A stretch of 63,780 nucleotides of DNA, the filler included, from Octopus bimaculoides (taxonomy: Eukaryota): assembly GCF_001194135.2 (NCBI RefSeq). It is 5 parts of 5 records of this genome, joined end to end, with 100 filler letters (N's around TTAATTAATTAA, not from the genome) between each part and the next. Parts side by side here need not be neighbours in the genome. Positions count along the whole stretch, not along the records: positions 27,407 to 54,546 come from NC_068998.1; positions 54,647 to 58,203 come from NC_068986.1; positions 58,304 to 61,591 come from NC_068981.1; positions 61,692 to 63,780 come from NC_069004.1; 1 more part is not named here. One strand, written 5' to 3'. This document shows, piece after piece, positions 53,201 to 63,780 of the stretch. Numbering within the stretch: the stretch's first letter is position 1; each line of letters begins with the position of its first letter. The position numbers and the translations under genes are program-made. Below the pieces are notes generated by a model that worked only from the letters and a program-made list of their open reading frames with translations, was not told the DNA's origin and ran no database searches.

Positions 53201-53628
53201 TGTTAAAAACAAACAAGATGAGGACGAATATCCGTCAAATGTAAATAATATAAAGTTATTATCGGTTCCCATTACTTCTTTTGCACGAGAAAATATAATT
53301 GAGTGACGATGCAAATGTCATTCATATATTTTTAATTTCCATAATACGCCAGGTGTATATTCTTCAGAATATTATCAATACACTGGTCCTACTATTGATT
53401 TGTTTTCATTGAGAATATAAATAAGAATTATTCAGTATGCATTAAATGGCATATAACTGGGTATCGTCAGATCGTAATTTTTAAAAACATTTTATATTCT
53501 GTATTTACACATTCAAACTTCTCTCGGCAAAGTTTATGGTTGGTATAGATTTCGGTATATGAAAGGTAGAATATGGCATACAATAAGTGGCATCTTGTTA
53601 GAATATTTAGTGATATACTTGGAAAAAT

Positions 53629-53639
53629 TCAGACAAGAT
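53629..53639 (-). CDS. Six-Cys paralog D, candidate last exon (DLV-stop)
   Basis: Acceptor tttattgacttttgctcag|AT CTT GTC TGA, phase-compatible with exon 3. No sequence similarity to the A-C last exons, so tentative. Confidence 0.45.
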
Positions 53640-53831
53640 CTGAGCAAAAGTCAATAAATTACCATCTAACATTCATGGAATTTGTACGGAAGCGGATACA
53701 CGAAACCCAAGCAAGTTTGCTAATATTCAGAGAAGATTGAGTTTGGAAAGATATTTGTTCTTGTTTTTCGCTAATTCTTAACAATACTTAGCACAACTTA
53801 AGAATATCAATGATATGAAAAATATTCTCAC

Positions 53832-53920
53832 CAGCGCAGAGGGTGTCAATCGCATAGTCAAAGTATTTATGGCACTCTTTGTCTTTCGGTTCCATACAGG
53901 AACGGAACATATGGAGACGC
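53832..53920 (-). CDS. Six-Cys secreted protein paralog D, exon 3
   Basis: Acceptor tttactttttcattccag, donor gtgaga, 89 nt. Encodes (R)RLHMFRSCMEPKDKECHKYFDYAIDTLCA. Same size, phase and Cys positions as A-C. Confidence 0.85.
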
Positions 53921-54181
53921 CTGGAATGAAAAAGTAAATAAATAAGCTGAGTATTTTACTTGACGAAATCGTATTAAAATTTCATTAATTTCAAGAAAAG
54001 TTTTTTTACACAATACAAATATTTTGATATGGAAGGTGTAGAGCGGAAAATCACAGCGCATTACATGCAATTTACTATAAGTATTTTTGACATTTCTTTT
54101 TGCGCAGCTGATAATATCAACCTTTGTGATTCACAAGAATAACTGGGGCAATAGCTAATGTGGTGATAACATATGACATAC

Positions 54182-54281
54182 CTGCAAGTTTTCAGCTTTG
54201 TGTCGACTTTTGGGTAAGTGCTCATGGCATCCAAGCAGATTTTCTCAGCTTTCTCGATACAGCGCGATGACAGAGCAGCAC
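54182..54281 (-). CDS. Six-Cys secreted protein paralog D, exon 2
   Basis: Acceptor ttttaaaattctag, donor gtatgt, 100 nt. Encodes (G)AALSSRCIEKAEKICLDAMSTYPKVDTKLKTC. Same size, phase and Cys positions as A-C. Confidence 0.85.
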
Positions 54282-54503
54282 CTAGAATTTTAAAATGTTC
54301 GCGTTACATGTATTGTACAAGAGATGCCAAAATAGTTAACTGAAAAAAAACATATATACTAAAAGATTGTTGCTGGCTGAGCGCCTACGTTAAAGTGTAC
54401 GTTTGCATAAAAGTTTTGCAAATACATGCCTGGCGATTGGTTTACAGTTGAACACTAGCAGGTAATTTTAGTGTTTCATAGAAACACAAGCGAATAATGA
54501 CAT

Positions 54504-54546
<43 letters not shown>

Positions 54547-56098
54547 NNNNNNNNNNNNNNNNNNNNNNNNNNNNNNNNNNNNNNNNNNNNTTAATTAATT
54601 AANNNNNNNNNNNNNNNNNNNNNNNNNNNNNNNNNNNNNNNNNNNNAATATTTCATCTATTCAATAAGACATATTCCACATATTCAATAAGACATTCAAT
54701 ACTTTAGTTCATAGAACCATCCATTTTTATTTTATATTATATATTATATATTATATTATATATTGTTTATTCCATATTCTATATCCCACATTGGTTTTGC
54801 AGGAATATAAATAAAACATAAAAAACAGACAGTGTTGGAACTCTTTTAAACAAAATAACATATTCCTCTATACACAATCATACAAAAAAAAACCCTTTTT
54901 TGTATTTATTTTTACTCGCATATATATATATATATACATATGTATGTATATGTATATATGTATACATGTGTGTGTGCGTGTGCATGAATGTATGTTCTTT
55001 TCTCTGCTTAAGTATCTCACTTATAGAGCATACACGTTTGGACACGGTTGAGAATGAAAGAAAACGACAGAAGGTTAGTATTTGCGCATTCGTGAGTGAG
55101 ATGTATCTGAGGAGAGAGAAAGGAGCATTTTGAAAAAAATGGAGGGAGAGAATTTGGGAGAAAATCATGTTGAGAGACATTAATAGTTAGTAAGTAGGGT
55201 AACATTTACTGGAGGAAGTTATTTTTTGTTGATCACAACAATAACTGAAACAAAAAGGGAAAACATTCACGGATCTTCATACAATTATCATTTCAAAAAG
55301 AAACAAACATCGTAATAGAAGTCGATACATCCTCATTTACATGTTAAGTCAGCTGGACAGAAGGACAATGATAGTTTCGATGTGTGTCCGCATGTCTTCA
55401 TTTCCGCTTTCACGGACATAGGAATATTTTATAATCGAAAGAAAATGAAATTTACACTCTCTCGATTTGGCCAGCTGCGAATCAATTGTAACGATATTGA
55501 TCAGTCTTTGTTTTTGTTCTTTTAAAATGAAAATAAACTTCATTTCTTCACGAAAGATTTTCACGCGATGTCTTATTACAATAACTAAATGCAATTTTTT
55601 TTTTTTTTGGCTTGTCATTTTAGAAAGAGAAAGCATCGGTCGAAAACACTTTAGTCGATGGTTGCTTAGTATCTATAATGAAATGGTTCCGTCTACGCCG
55701 TATTTGATCTTTCATTCCAAAAATGATTAATACTTTTACGAAATGTCTGAATACAATTTCTATGTTCTTTAAATATTTATCGTAAAAAATTTCGGATCGT
55801 TCATTTATATTCATTTTTTTGTTACTTCAGTATTCTCACTTATGCTGCTGAAGTTTCTGTTACCTAACAATTGAATGCCTATCAATTAAGTTGTAACACA
55901 AGCGCAAAAAGAACTTTGCAACTATTTCTTTATATTTCTAGAACAATTAGTTTTACGAAGTATGACATATTTATTATTAATACTGCCAACACTTCTTCTT
56001 CCTGCAACTTACTCTATCGAGATATTGATTCATATACGTGGTATATGAAGTATCTAGACTGTTGCCATAGTATACGGATACATGTAAGTATCCGGACT

Positions 56099-56112
56099 GT
56101 TGCCATAGTAAC
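56099..56112. promoter_or_regulatory. RFX X-box motif (GTTGCCATAGTAAC) with an imperfect second copy at 56061-56074
   Basis: Matches the consensus GTNRCC-N(0-3)-RGYAAC. An NRF1-like TGTGCATGCGCA lies nearby (about 56168-56179), and there are GTAAGT donors on both strands within 100 bp. Confidence 0.45.
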
Positions 56113-56249
56113 GACGCTAAAGAACGCAGAGTAAAGCCACTTTCTAGAGATTGACCTTCAACTCTGCTGTGCATGCGCACTAAGTTTTAATGTTTACAGC
56201 AGTGCTTGAAAGGAAGGTGTGTATCATGCGATCGTCGCATTAACCATAA

Positions 56250-56430
56250 CAGAATTTGAGCAGAGAATCTACATCAAATGTTGTCAAAAAGCTAGGCGAT
56301 ACATGTTCACAGACCTACGCAAAGTTTTCAAAAAGTTTTCCTTGTTTTCGACACACTGAAGTGGGTCTTGTGCCATTGAAACCCAAATCTTCAGTGATAA
56401 CGGACTGAACTGAAATACTACGGAGGGTCC
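56250..56430 (+). mobile_element. Mariner transposase 5' fragment
   Basis: EFEQRIYIKCCQKLGDTCSQTYAKFSKSF resembles mariner N-terminal HTH sequences. Confidence 0.6.
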
Positions 56431-56649
56431 ATTCTTTAGTCTAAAACAAATTTGTGAAACTGGATAACAAGAAATCCCTCATCATTCACCTGGACTCCCC
56501 TCTCTCCCTCTCTCACTCTCTCTATCTCTATCCCTCAAACTCTGTTTCTCTCTGCCTCTGTCTCTGTTTGTCTGTTTGTCTCTCTCTGTCTCTCTCCCTC
56601 TCTCTCCCTCTCTCTCCCTCTCTCTTCTTCCCCCCTCTCTCTCTCTCTC

Positions 56650-56830
56650 TGCTCAGTTTCTCACTGATGATATCAATGGGGTAACCTACTTGCATAGCAT
56701 TTTGGCAAAACTCATTTGACACAATCTCCTCTTCTCTTTTCAATCTCCTTACTCTGAATATACTCACAGACTCTGCACGAACTATTATGACAGCTGTTCC
56801 CATACCAGAATGTTAAATATCTGGGATTCC
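56650..56830 (-). mobile_element. Penelope-like RT thumb fragment
   Basis: IIVRAESVSI..RRLKREEEIVSNEF..(N/V)GYPIDII resembles the PLE RA..ICS..L..E..F..NGYP motif. Confidence 0.5.
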
Positions 56831-58369
56831 CCTCCTTCTAGCGCGCGTTTTTTTTTTCTCACCTGTCTTTTACAAGAAGATTTTTAAGCTGAAACCCTTG
56901 CCGCATCCATTCAAGGTCGTCTCCACAGACTCTTTCTTCACAAATGATTGTTTTTACATGTATTGTGACCAATATAATCAAATTCATATGTTGGTTAGCG
57001 TATGAATATGCATGTAAGTAAACGTGCACTAGATTATGCCATCTATACTTTTACTGGCAAAAGGGACGAAATCTTTAAAATTCTGATTAGTTGACAAAGC
57101 GTCAACATTGGTAACTAAAGACTTTATTTTATTGCATGAACGCCATCTTCATCAGGAAATCTATCCGCTCCGAAACAGTGCGGCTTGTGTTGTATTTCGG
57201 AAAACGTGCTTACTGTCAGAACATTTAATGTTCCCACAGTGCTAGAGGTGATAAACGAACGAATAATGTGACTAATTTAGAAGTAGAAGTAATTAGATTC
57301 CTCACATCAAATGAAACAATTCATTTTTATGGCTGTTGAGATGTGTTCTGGCAAGTGTTAGTAATGTCAATTTAGCTGTTGGGTATAATAAACTTCACGG
57401 CAAATTAAGAAGACACAATTATTAAAAATATGTATGCTAAAATATGAACTTGTCTTAAAACCTATGTAAATATGATTGCAATAATCTATTAAATTCCTAA
57501 AAGTACGACACATATACATCATAGAAAGTTTGAGTAACATATTTAGAAATTTTTTCATATTTTGAAAATTGCATTATATTCAACATATCTCAAGAAAAAA
57601 AAGAACAGAAAAGAAAAAGATTTAGTAAATATGGATGCAACTTTTGATTTTCGGTGGAGATTTGTAAGAGATTTGTGACAGGCCTTTTGTGTTGCAGAAT
57701 TTAGATTAATATTTCGGACACTGATAAATGTAGTAAAAAACTGATTTTCACATTTATGCCAATTGTTAATTTTTTAAATAAACCTTCAGTTGTATACGCC
57801 ACACTATACATTTGAATATCAGCATATTTATTTTACTACTAGACGAAGGATACTGCGAACAAATTACACTCTTTCTATTCAAATAATAGAGATGCGTTTC
57901 GCCATGCCACACGGCAACTAGACTCTATGCATTCAATTAAATTCAGTATGTCCTCAGTCTCATACCATTCTGTTAATAGCACTAATATAGCTGTATGAAC
58001 TTCGCCTTCTATTAAACTACGTAAGTCTCTAAAATATAATACGTGATATCTTGTAGTATTTAGCACGATACTAAAAGTTTGCAAATCTAAATTGCATTCA
58101 GAAAGAATATCAGAAATCGGTGGAATATATCCATAATTATATATATACTTATGTCTTGAGTTCTATTTTCCTCCTGCATTACCAAACCAATATGTATATA
58201 TATNNNNNNNNNNNNNNNNNNNNNNNNNNNNNNNNNNNNNNNNNNNNTTAATTAATTAANNNNNNNNNNNNNNNNNNNNNNNNNNNNNNNNNNNNNNNNN
58301 NNNTATATATATATATACATATTTATATATATATATATAAATGTGTGTGTTTGTGTGTGCATGTATATT

Positions 58370-59028
58370 ATATTTATGTGTCTATGTTTGTCCTCCCACC
58401 ATCGCTTGACAACTGATTTTGGTGGGTTTACGTTCCCGTTAGCTAGCGGTTCGGCTAAAAGACCGATAGAATAAGTAACAGGCTTACAAAGAATAAGTCC
58501 TGGGGTCGGTTTGTTCGACTAAAGGCGGTGCTGCAGCATGGCTGTAGTCAACTGACTGAAACAAGTAAAAGAATAAGAGAATCTGTATGTATATGTATAT
58601 ACATATGAAATATTGCTCATAGATACACATAAAACTGCGTTTATTTATGAATACGCGTGTGTATCAGTGTGACAGGTCGTGTGTTATTGGTAGGGGTGTT
58701 TTTAAATTCGTCAGCGGACACGGATGAGTGACTGCCAACCACAAGCCGCTGGCCACTTGGATATTTTCCTGGCATATTAGGTTGGTGACATGCGCGTATA
58801 AAGAAAAGCCCCGTGCAGTTTAGACGATACGCTCTGTTTGCTTGACCCGAGTGTGGATAGATAGAGGTCAGACTAGAATCATATGCTTCATGGCGTCAAT
58901 ATAGTGGGTTTCACACACGCCAAGATCCCTTGCAAACGAAATAATACCAATGCATATGTTCAGATACTCAACGCATTCTTAACCCTTATTACCAGATTCT
59001 AATGTCACACACACACACACCTTCTCAC

Positions 59029-59063
<35 letters not shown>

Positions 59064-59341
59064 CACACACACACACGCACACACATTGGAACATATAGTC
59101 CGATGAAGCTTAGCAGGCAAAGAAAATTTTGACGTCACTATTATCCTTCTTCTCTTAAAAGTTAAATATTATAAGCACAAGCGTGGCTGTGTAGCAAAGA
59201 GTTTGCTTCTTAAGAACATGGTTCCTGGTTCCGTCCCACTGTTTGGGACCTTAGGCAAGCGCCTTCTACTATAGTTTTGGGCTGACCAAAGCCTTGTGAG
59301 TGGAAACTGAAAGAAGTCCGTCGTATACACACACACACGCA

Positions 59342-59386
<45 letters not shown>

Positions 59387-60680
59387 ACCACACACATATA
59401 TGTATATATCTCTGTATGTGTATCTTTTTATCAGTGTTTGTCCCCCAACCACCGCTTGTCAACAGGTGTTGGTGTGTTTACGTCCTCGTAACTTCGCGGT
59501 TCGGCAGAAGTGACCGGTAAAATAAGTACCACGCTTAAAATGATAAGTACTGTGGACGATTCATTCACCTAAAAATTCTTCAAGGCAGTGCTCCAACATG
59601 GCCGCAGTCTACTGACTGAACCATGTAAAAGATAAAAGATAAACGATGCGTCTAACTAAAAAAGCATGGTGTAATTCTTCGCTTTACAATTAAATTGCTT
59701 TTATATATAACTTGATAAACATAACGTACAAACTAGGATTTGAACACTTCATCGAAATATGATAAATTTATGTTCTTTATGGATCCAGGTTGGTTACCTG
59801 GGTTTTTAAGCTGCAGTACCTCATGAAGGCTGTTTACAAATAAATATTCTTTTCTACTCTAGGTAAAAGGCCCAAAATTTTGGGGGTGAGGGCCAGTCGA
59901 TTAAATCGACTCCAGTACGCAACTGGTATTTAATTTATCGACCCCGAAAGACGAAGTCAACTTCGAGGGAATTGGAGCTCAGACCTTAAAAACGGACGAA
60001 ATGCCGCTAAGCATTTTTCCCGGCGTGCTAACGTTCCTGCCAGCTCGCCGCTTTGTTTACAAATCATAGTAAGGGTGGTATGTGGGTAGAATCGATCGGA
60101 TGACGGACAAAACGTCTTGTGGTATTTAGTCTTTTGTTGTATGTCAACATTCCACCGAGATTAACTTTGCCTTTTAACCATCGAGGGCCAAAAAAAAAAA
60201 AAGAACAAAAACAGTATCAGTCGCGTACTGGAGTACTGGAGACTATGGAATCGACAATTCCCATCAAATTAATTAGAGGCTTCATGTCTATATAAGAAAT
60301 CAATGTTATTTACTGGGCAAAGGCGGAGAGCTACCAGAATCGTTAACAAGTCGGACAAAATGTTTACTGGCATTTCTTCCGACTTTACGTTCTGTATTCA
60401 AATGCTACACACGTTGACTTTGCCTTCCATCCTTTCGGAAATCGAAAAAATAAGTATCGGTTGACAAGGCTAAGCTGAAAGAATCGTTATAAAGTGGGAC
60501 AAAATACTTAGTGCTATTTCTTCTGAATTTACATTCTGAGTTTAAATGCCGCTGAGGTCGCTCTTACCTTTCATACTTTTGGGGGTCAATGAAATAAATA
60601 CCCGTTGAGCAATGGGGTCGATGTAATCGACTTACCTCCTCCTCCCGCAAAATTGCTAACCTTGCGCTAGAATTCGAAAC
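58370..60680. mobile_element. Cluster of Octopus SINEs (OK/OR1/OR2-like) and microsatellites
   Basis: Multiple copies at about 58370-58575, 59175-59640, 59850-60055 and 60070-60680 that match other SINE copies in the window. Confidence 0.75.
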
Positions 60681-61123
60681 CAATATTATTCGCATGGCAT
60701 ATATCTTTTCAGTAGTTACTTACATCACTGTAATTTCTAAGTTCAAATCCCGGTGGGGACGATAAAATAAGCATGACTCAAGTATTTTAGTCAATTAAAT
60801 CAACAATTTGTGGACATCTGCAAAGTTAAACATAAAGATATCATTGCTTCAGTTTTACTTAGACTACAGATGGAATGATGAACATCACCACAGCTCATTT
60901 GTATTTCACAAGAGACTATAAGGGCCATGTGGTTGCAGCCAAGTATATAGAAATTAATAAACATTGATGCAAATGTTATGGCAGCTATTGATGTTGTTGT
61001 TGTAACTCTTACAATTGTTACTGCTGTTGGCATTGTTACTGTTGTTCTCGTTGCTATTATTGTTGGTTTTTCATTACCGTTATTTGTGTTGTTGTTCATT
61101 GAACTCGTTTCATTTCTCAGTAG

Positions 61124-61288
61124 GATAACTGGAGGCAGAGTCACTTGGCAGAAAATTTCAATGCTGAAACCTTCGCCGTGTTCGCTTCTCAGCTGTGGAG
61201 CTTGGGAGAGTTTGTGAGACAGAATTCCTACAAGCTGAACCGTGAACATCAAAACTTCATTCATGACTGCACCTTGTCGGATCACTGA
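61124..61288 (+). CDS. Candidate terminal coding exon of an unidentified gene
   Basis: Acceptor tttcatttctcagtag, then 54 high-complexity codons DNWRQSHLAENFNAETFAVFASQLWSLGEFVRQNSYKLNREHQNFIHDCTLSDH and TGA. GC is higher than the flanks. No upstream partner exon confirmed. Confidence 0.45.
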   Translation, partial: DNWRQSHLAENFNAETFAVFASQLWSLGEFVRQNSYKLNREHQNFIHDCTLSDH

Positions 61289-61512
61289 TGTTCAATACAT
61301 GAAATAATGGATTTTCTATAAAGCAAGCCAAACACGCGCCTTCTATCCGCCATTTTACTATATGTGGTTTCCAGTTTTCCCCATCTTTCCCTCTCATTCT
61401 TATTCACATTGCTTCTCTTTTCCCACTTGTCCTGCCCGCCCCCTCTGTCTCTTTCGCTCTCTTTTTCACGCGCACACATTCAACATAACCCCATACACGC
61501 ACACACATCTAA

Positions 61513-61591
<79 letters not shown>

Positions 61592-61811
61592 NNNNNNNNN
61601 NNNNNNNNNNNNNNNNNNNNNNNNNNNNNNNNNNNTTAATTAATTAANNNNNNNNNNNNNNNNNNNNNNNNNNNNNNNNNNNNNNNNNNNNGAGAGAGTG
61701 ATAGAGTGAGAGAAAGAGAGAGAGAGAGGTGGACGAGCAGGAGAAGAAGGGTGAGGAAGTGAGATTGAATGCTGTATATAGAGAACCGAGTTTATGAGCG
61801 AGAATGCGTAC

Positions 61812-61842
<31 letters not shown>

Positions 61843-63229
61843 TGTAAGTGAGCTTGTGTAAGACAGAGGAAGAAAGAGAGAGAGAGAGAAAGAGAGAGAG
61901 TAGTTGATAGATAAAGAGACGCCTACGCGTGTTTCAGTGCACCGAGTGAGCACTGAAGACGTGTGTATGTATATGTGCATTCTGTTGAGATCATTATAAG
62001 CCTATATGCATGTGAACCTATTTGTATGTGTATGTGTGCACCTAAAATGCATCAGCCAGTGTGCAACTCTGTTTATGTGCACGTTTTTGCAATGTGCAGC
62101 TATGTGTATATATATATATGTATGTATATATGTATATGTGTGTCTATCACTATATGTATGTGTGTGTACATTTATGTGAGTATGAATGTATAGCAAATTG
62201 GATGCTATAGTGTGTTAGTGGGAAATGGAAAGAGAGAGAGAGAGAGAGTAGAGGGGCGAGAGAGAGGAAGAAAGAAAAGAAAGAAAGAAAGAAAGAATAA
62301 AAAGGAGAGAGAGAGAGAGAGAGGAGAGGTAAAAGAGATATTTAATGTGATAAAGTATCAGCATGAAGTTAAACATGAAAGNNNNNNNNNNNNNNNNNNN
62401 NNNNNNNNNNNNNNNNNNNNNNNNNNNNNNNNNNNNNNNNNNNNNNNNNNNNNNNNNNNNNNNNNNNNNNNNNNNNNNNNNNNNNNNNNNNNNNNNNNNN
62501 NNNNNNNNNNNNNNNNNNNNNNNNNNNNNNNNNNNNNNNNNNNNNNNNNNNNNNNNNNNNNNNNNNNNNNNNNNNNNNNNNNNNNNNNNNNNNNNNNNNN
62601 NNNNNNNNNNNNNNNNNNNNNNNNNNNNNNNNNNNNNNNNNNNNNNNNNNNNNNNNNNNNNNNNNNNNNNNNNNNNNNNNNNNNNNNNNNNNNNNNNNNN
62701 NNNNNNNNGGAGGGGGAGGAGGAGGGAGATTTATGATGATAAGGTGGAATTCCATATATACATATTTGGATGTATGCATGTATGTCTGCCCCCCTCTCTC
62801 TCTCTTTATATAATATATATATACATATGCATTCAAATATATATATATATGTACGTATGTATGTATATATGTGTGGGGAGTATGTCCATAAACGCGTATA
62901 TATATATGTGTGTGTGTGTATGTGTATGGAATTTACATGTGCTGCGTTGTTATGCGTGAGGTTTAAGGGAAATGGTATAGAGCAAAATAAACTGAAGCGG
63001 ATTCCCTAAATGCAATCTGTTAGTGGCACAGTGAAGATCTGTAAGACATTCCCCAAATTCCCCATCTGAGATTTTGCAGGTAAACAGATGCACACAGGAT
63101 TGTGTTTGTGCATCGACAGTTCAATCAACACACCGACTCAAACACATTTTTACAAATACCGGGAGCTCTATTAACTCAAGAAGTCTTGTCGCGTTGTTAG
63201 CGACCGGTCTGAGCTCTTTAAGAAACACA

Positions 63230-63780
63230 GCAGTAGCACCACCACTACCAACAACAACAACACCACCACCTCTATCACTACCACCACCACAATCACCAAA
63301 ACTACTACTACTACTACCATTACTACTGCCAAAACCACCGCCGCCGCTATCACCACAACCATCATAATAACAGCAGCATTGCCACCATTACCATGTGTCA
63401 TACCATCCCAATACTATCTCCTATATCATCACCAACGCAACCACCACCACTACCGTCACCACTACCATTATCACGACGAGACCACCACTAACACCACAAC
63501 TGTCACCATCACCACCACCACGACTACCACCACCACTACTACTAATACCACTACAAATATCACAAACCAACCCCATAGCCACCACCACCACCACTATCTC
63601 CACCATCACCACTGTCACCGCCATCACCGCCACCATCATCACACCACCACCACCACCATCATTACTACCATCATCATCACCATCACCACTAACAATAACA
63701 GCGCTACTACCCTCATCATCGCCACCATCACCACCACCACTACTACCACCACCACCACTACTACCACCACCACCACTACT
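63230..63780. repeat. (ACC/ACT/ATC)n compound trinucleotide low-complexity tract
   Basis: Direct reading. Confidence 0.95.

Noticed and set aside
54878-55290. Candidates for exon 1 of paralog D
   Set aside because: No ATG-hydrophobic-phase-1 donor combination matching the 46-nt signal exon of A-C.
57130-57180. CTGATGA and AAGATGGCG on the minus strand
   Set aside because: No downstream GAAA box for a hammerhead, and the ATG is followed by a stop after five codons.
60800-61285. 161-aa minus-strand ORF
   Set aside because: Made of a trinucleotide-like tract plus the antisense of the candidate plus-strand exon.
63000-63230. Possible short exons near the window end
   Set aside because: Splice sites are weak and the frames are closed or unrecognisable.

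Overview
AT-rich, microsatellite-dense, gapped eukaryotic scaffold. The SINE families (OK/OR-like), Penelope/RTE content and repeat style point to an octopus/cephalopod genome (inference). Most six-frame ORFs are microsatellite, N-gap or transposon artefacts. Positions 1-27,800 are mainly decayed mobile elements: Penelope-like (including Naiad/Chlamys-type), RTE, R4/Dong, mariner, a Merlin transposase relic, SINEs and hammerhead-like motifs. The main result does not appear in the ORF track: a minus-strand tandem cluster of four paralogous spliced genes between about 29.2 and 54.3 kb. They encode roughly 78-79-aa predicted secreted proteins with a signal peptide and an invariant six-cysteine frame C-x7-C-x16-C-x8-C-x7-C-x11-C. 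Three copies (A, B, C) can be spliced fully by eye with canonical GT-AG sites and identical exon sizes (46/100/89 nt plus a last exon that completes the stop). The fourth (D) is much more diverged and its first exon was not found. Mature-peptide exons are far more diverged than the signal exon and 3'UTR, the pattern seen in toxin, pheromone and defence peptide families. I do not recognise the family. Also notable: a 586-bp foldback MITE with an 8-bp TSD and a (CCCTAA)n(TTAGGG)n core, two hammerhead-like motifs, an RFX X-box promoter candidate and an unidentified plus-strand terminal exon candidate.
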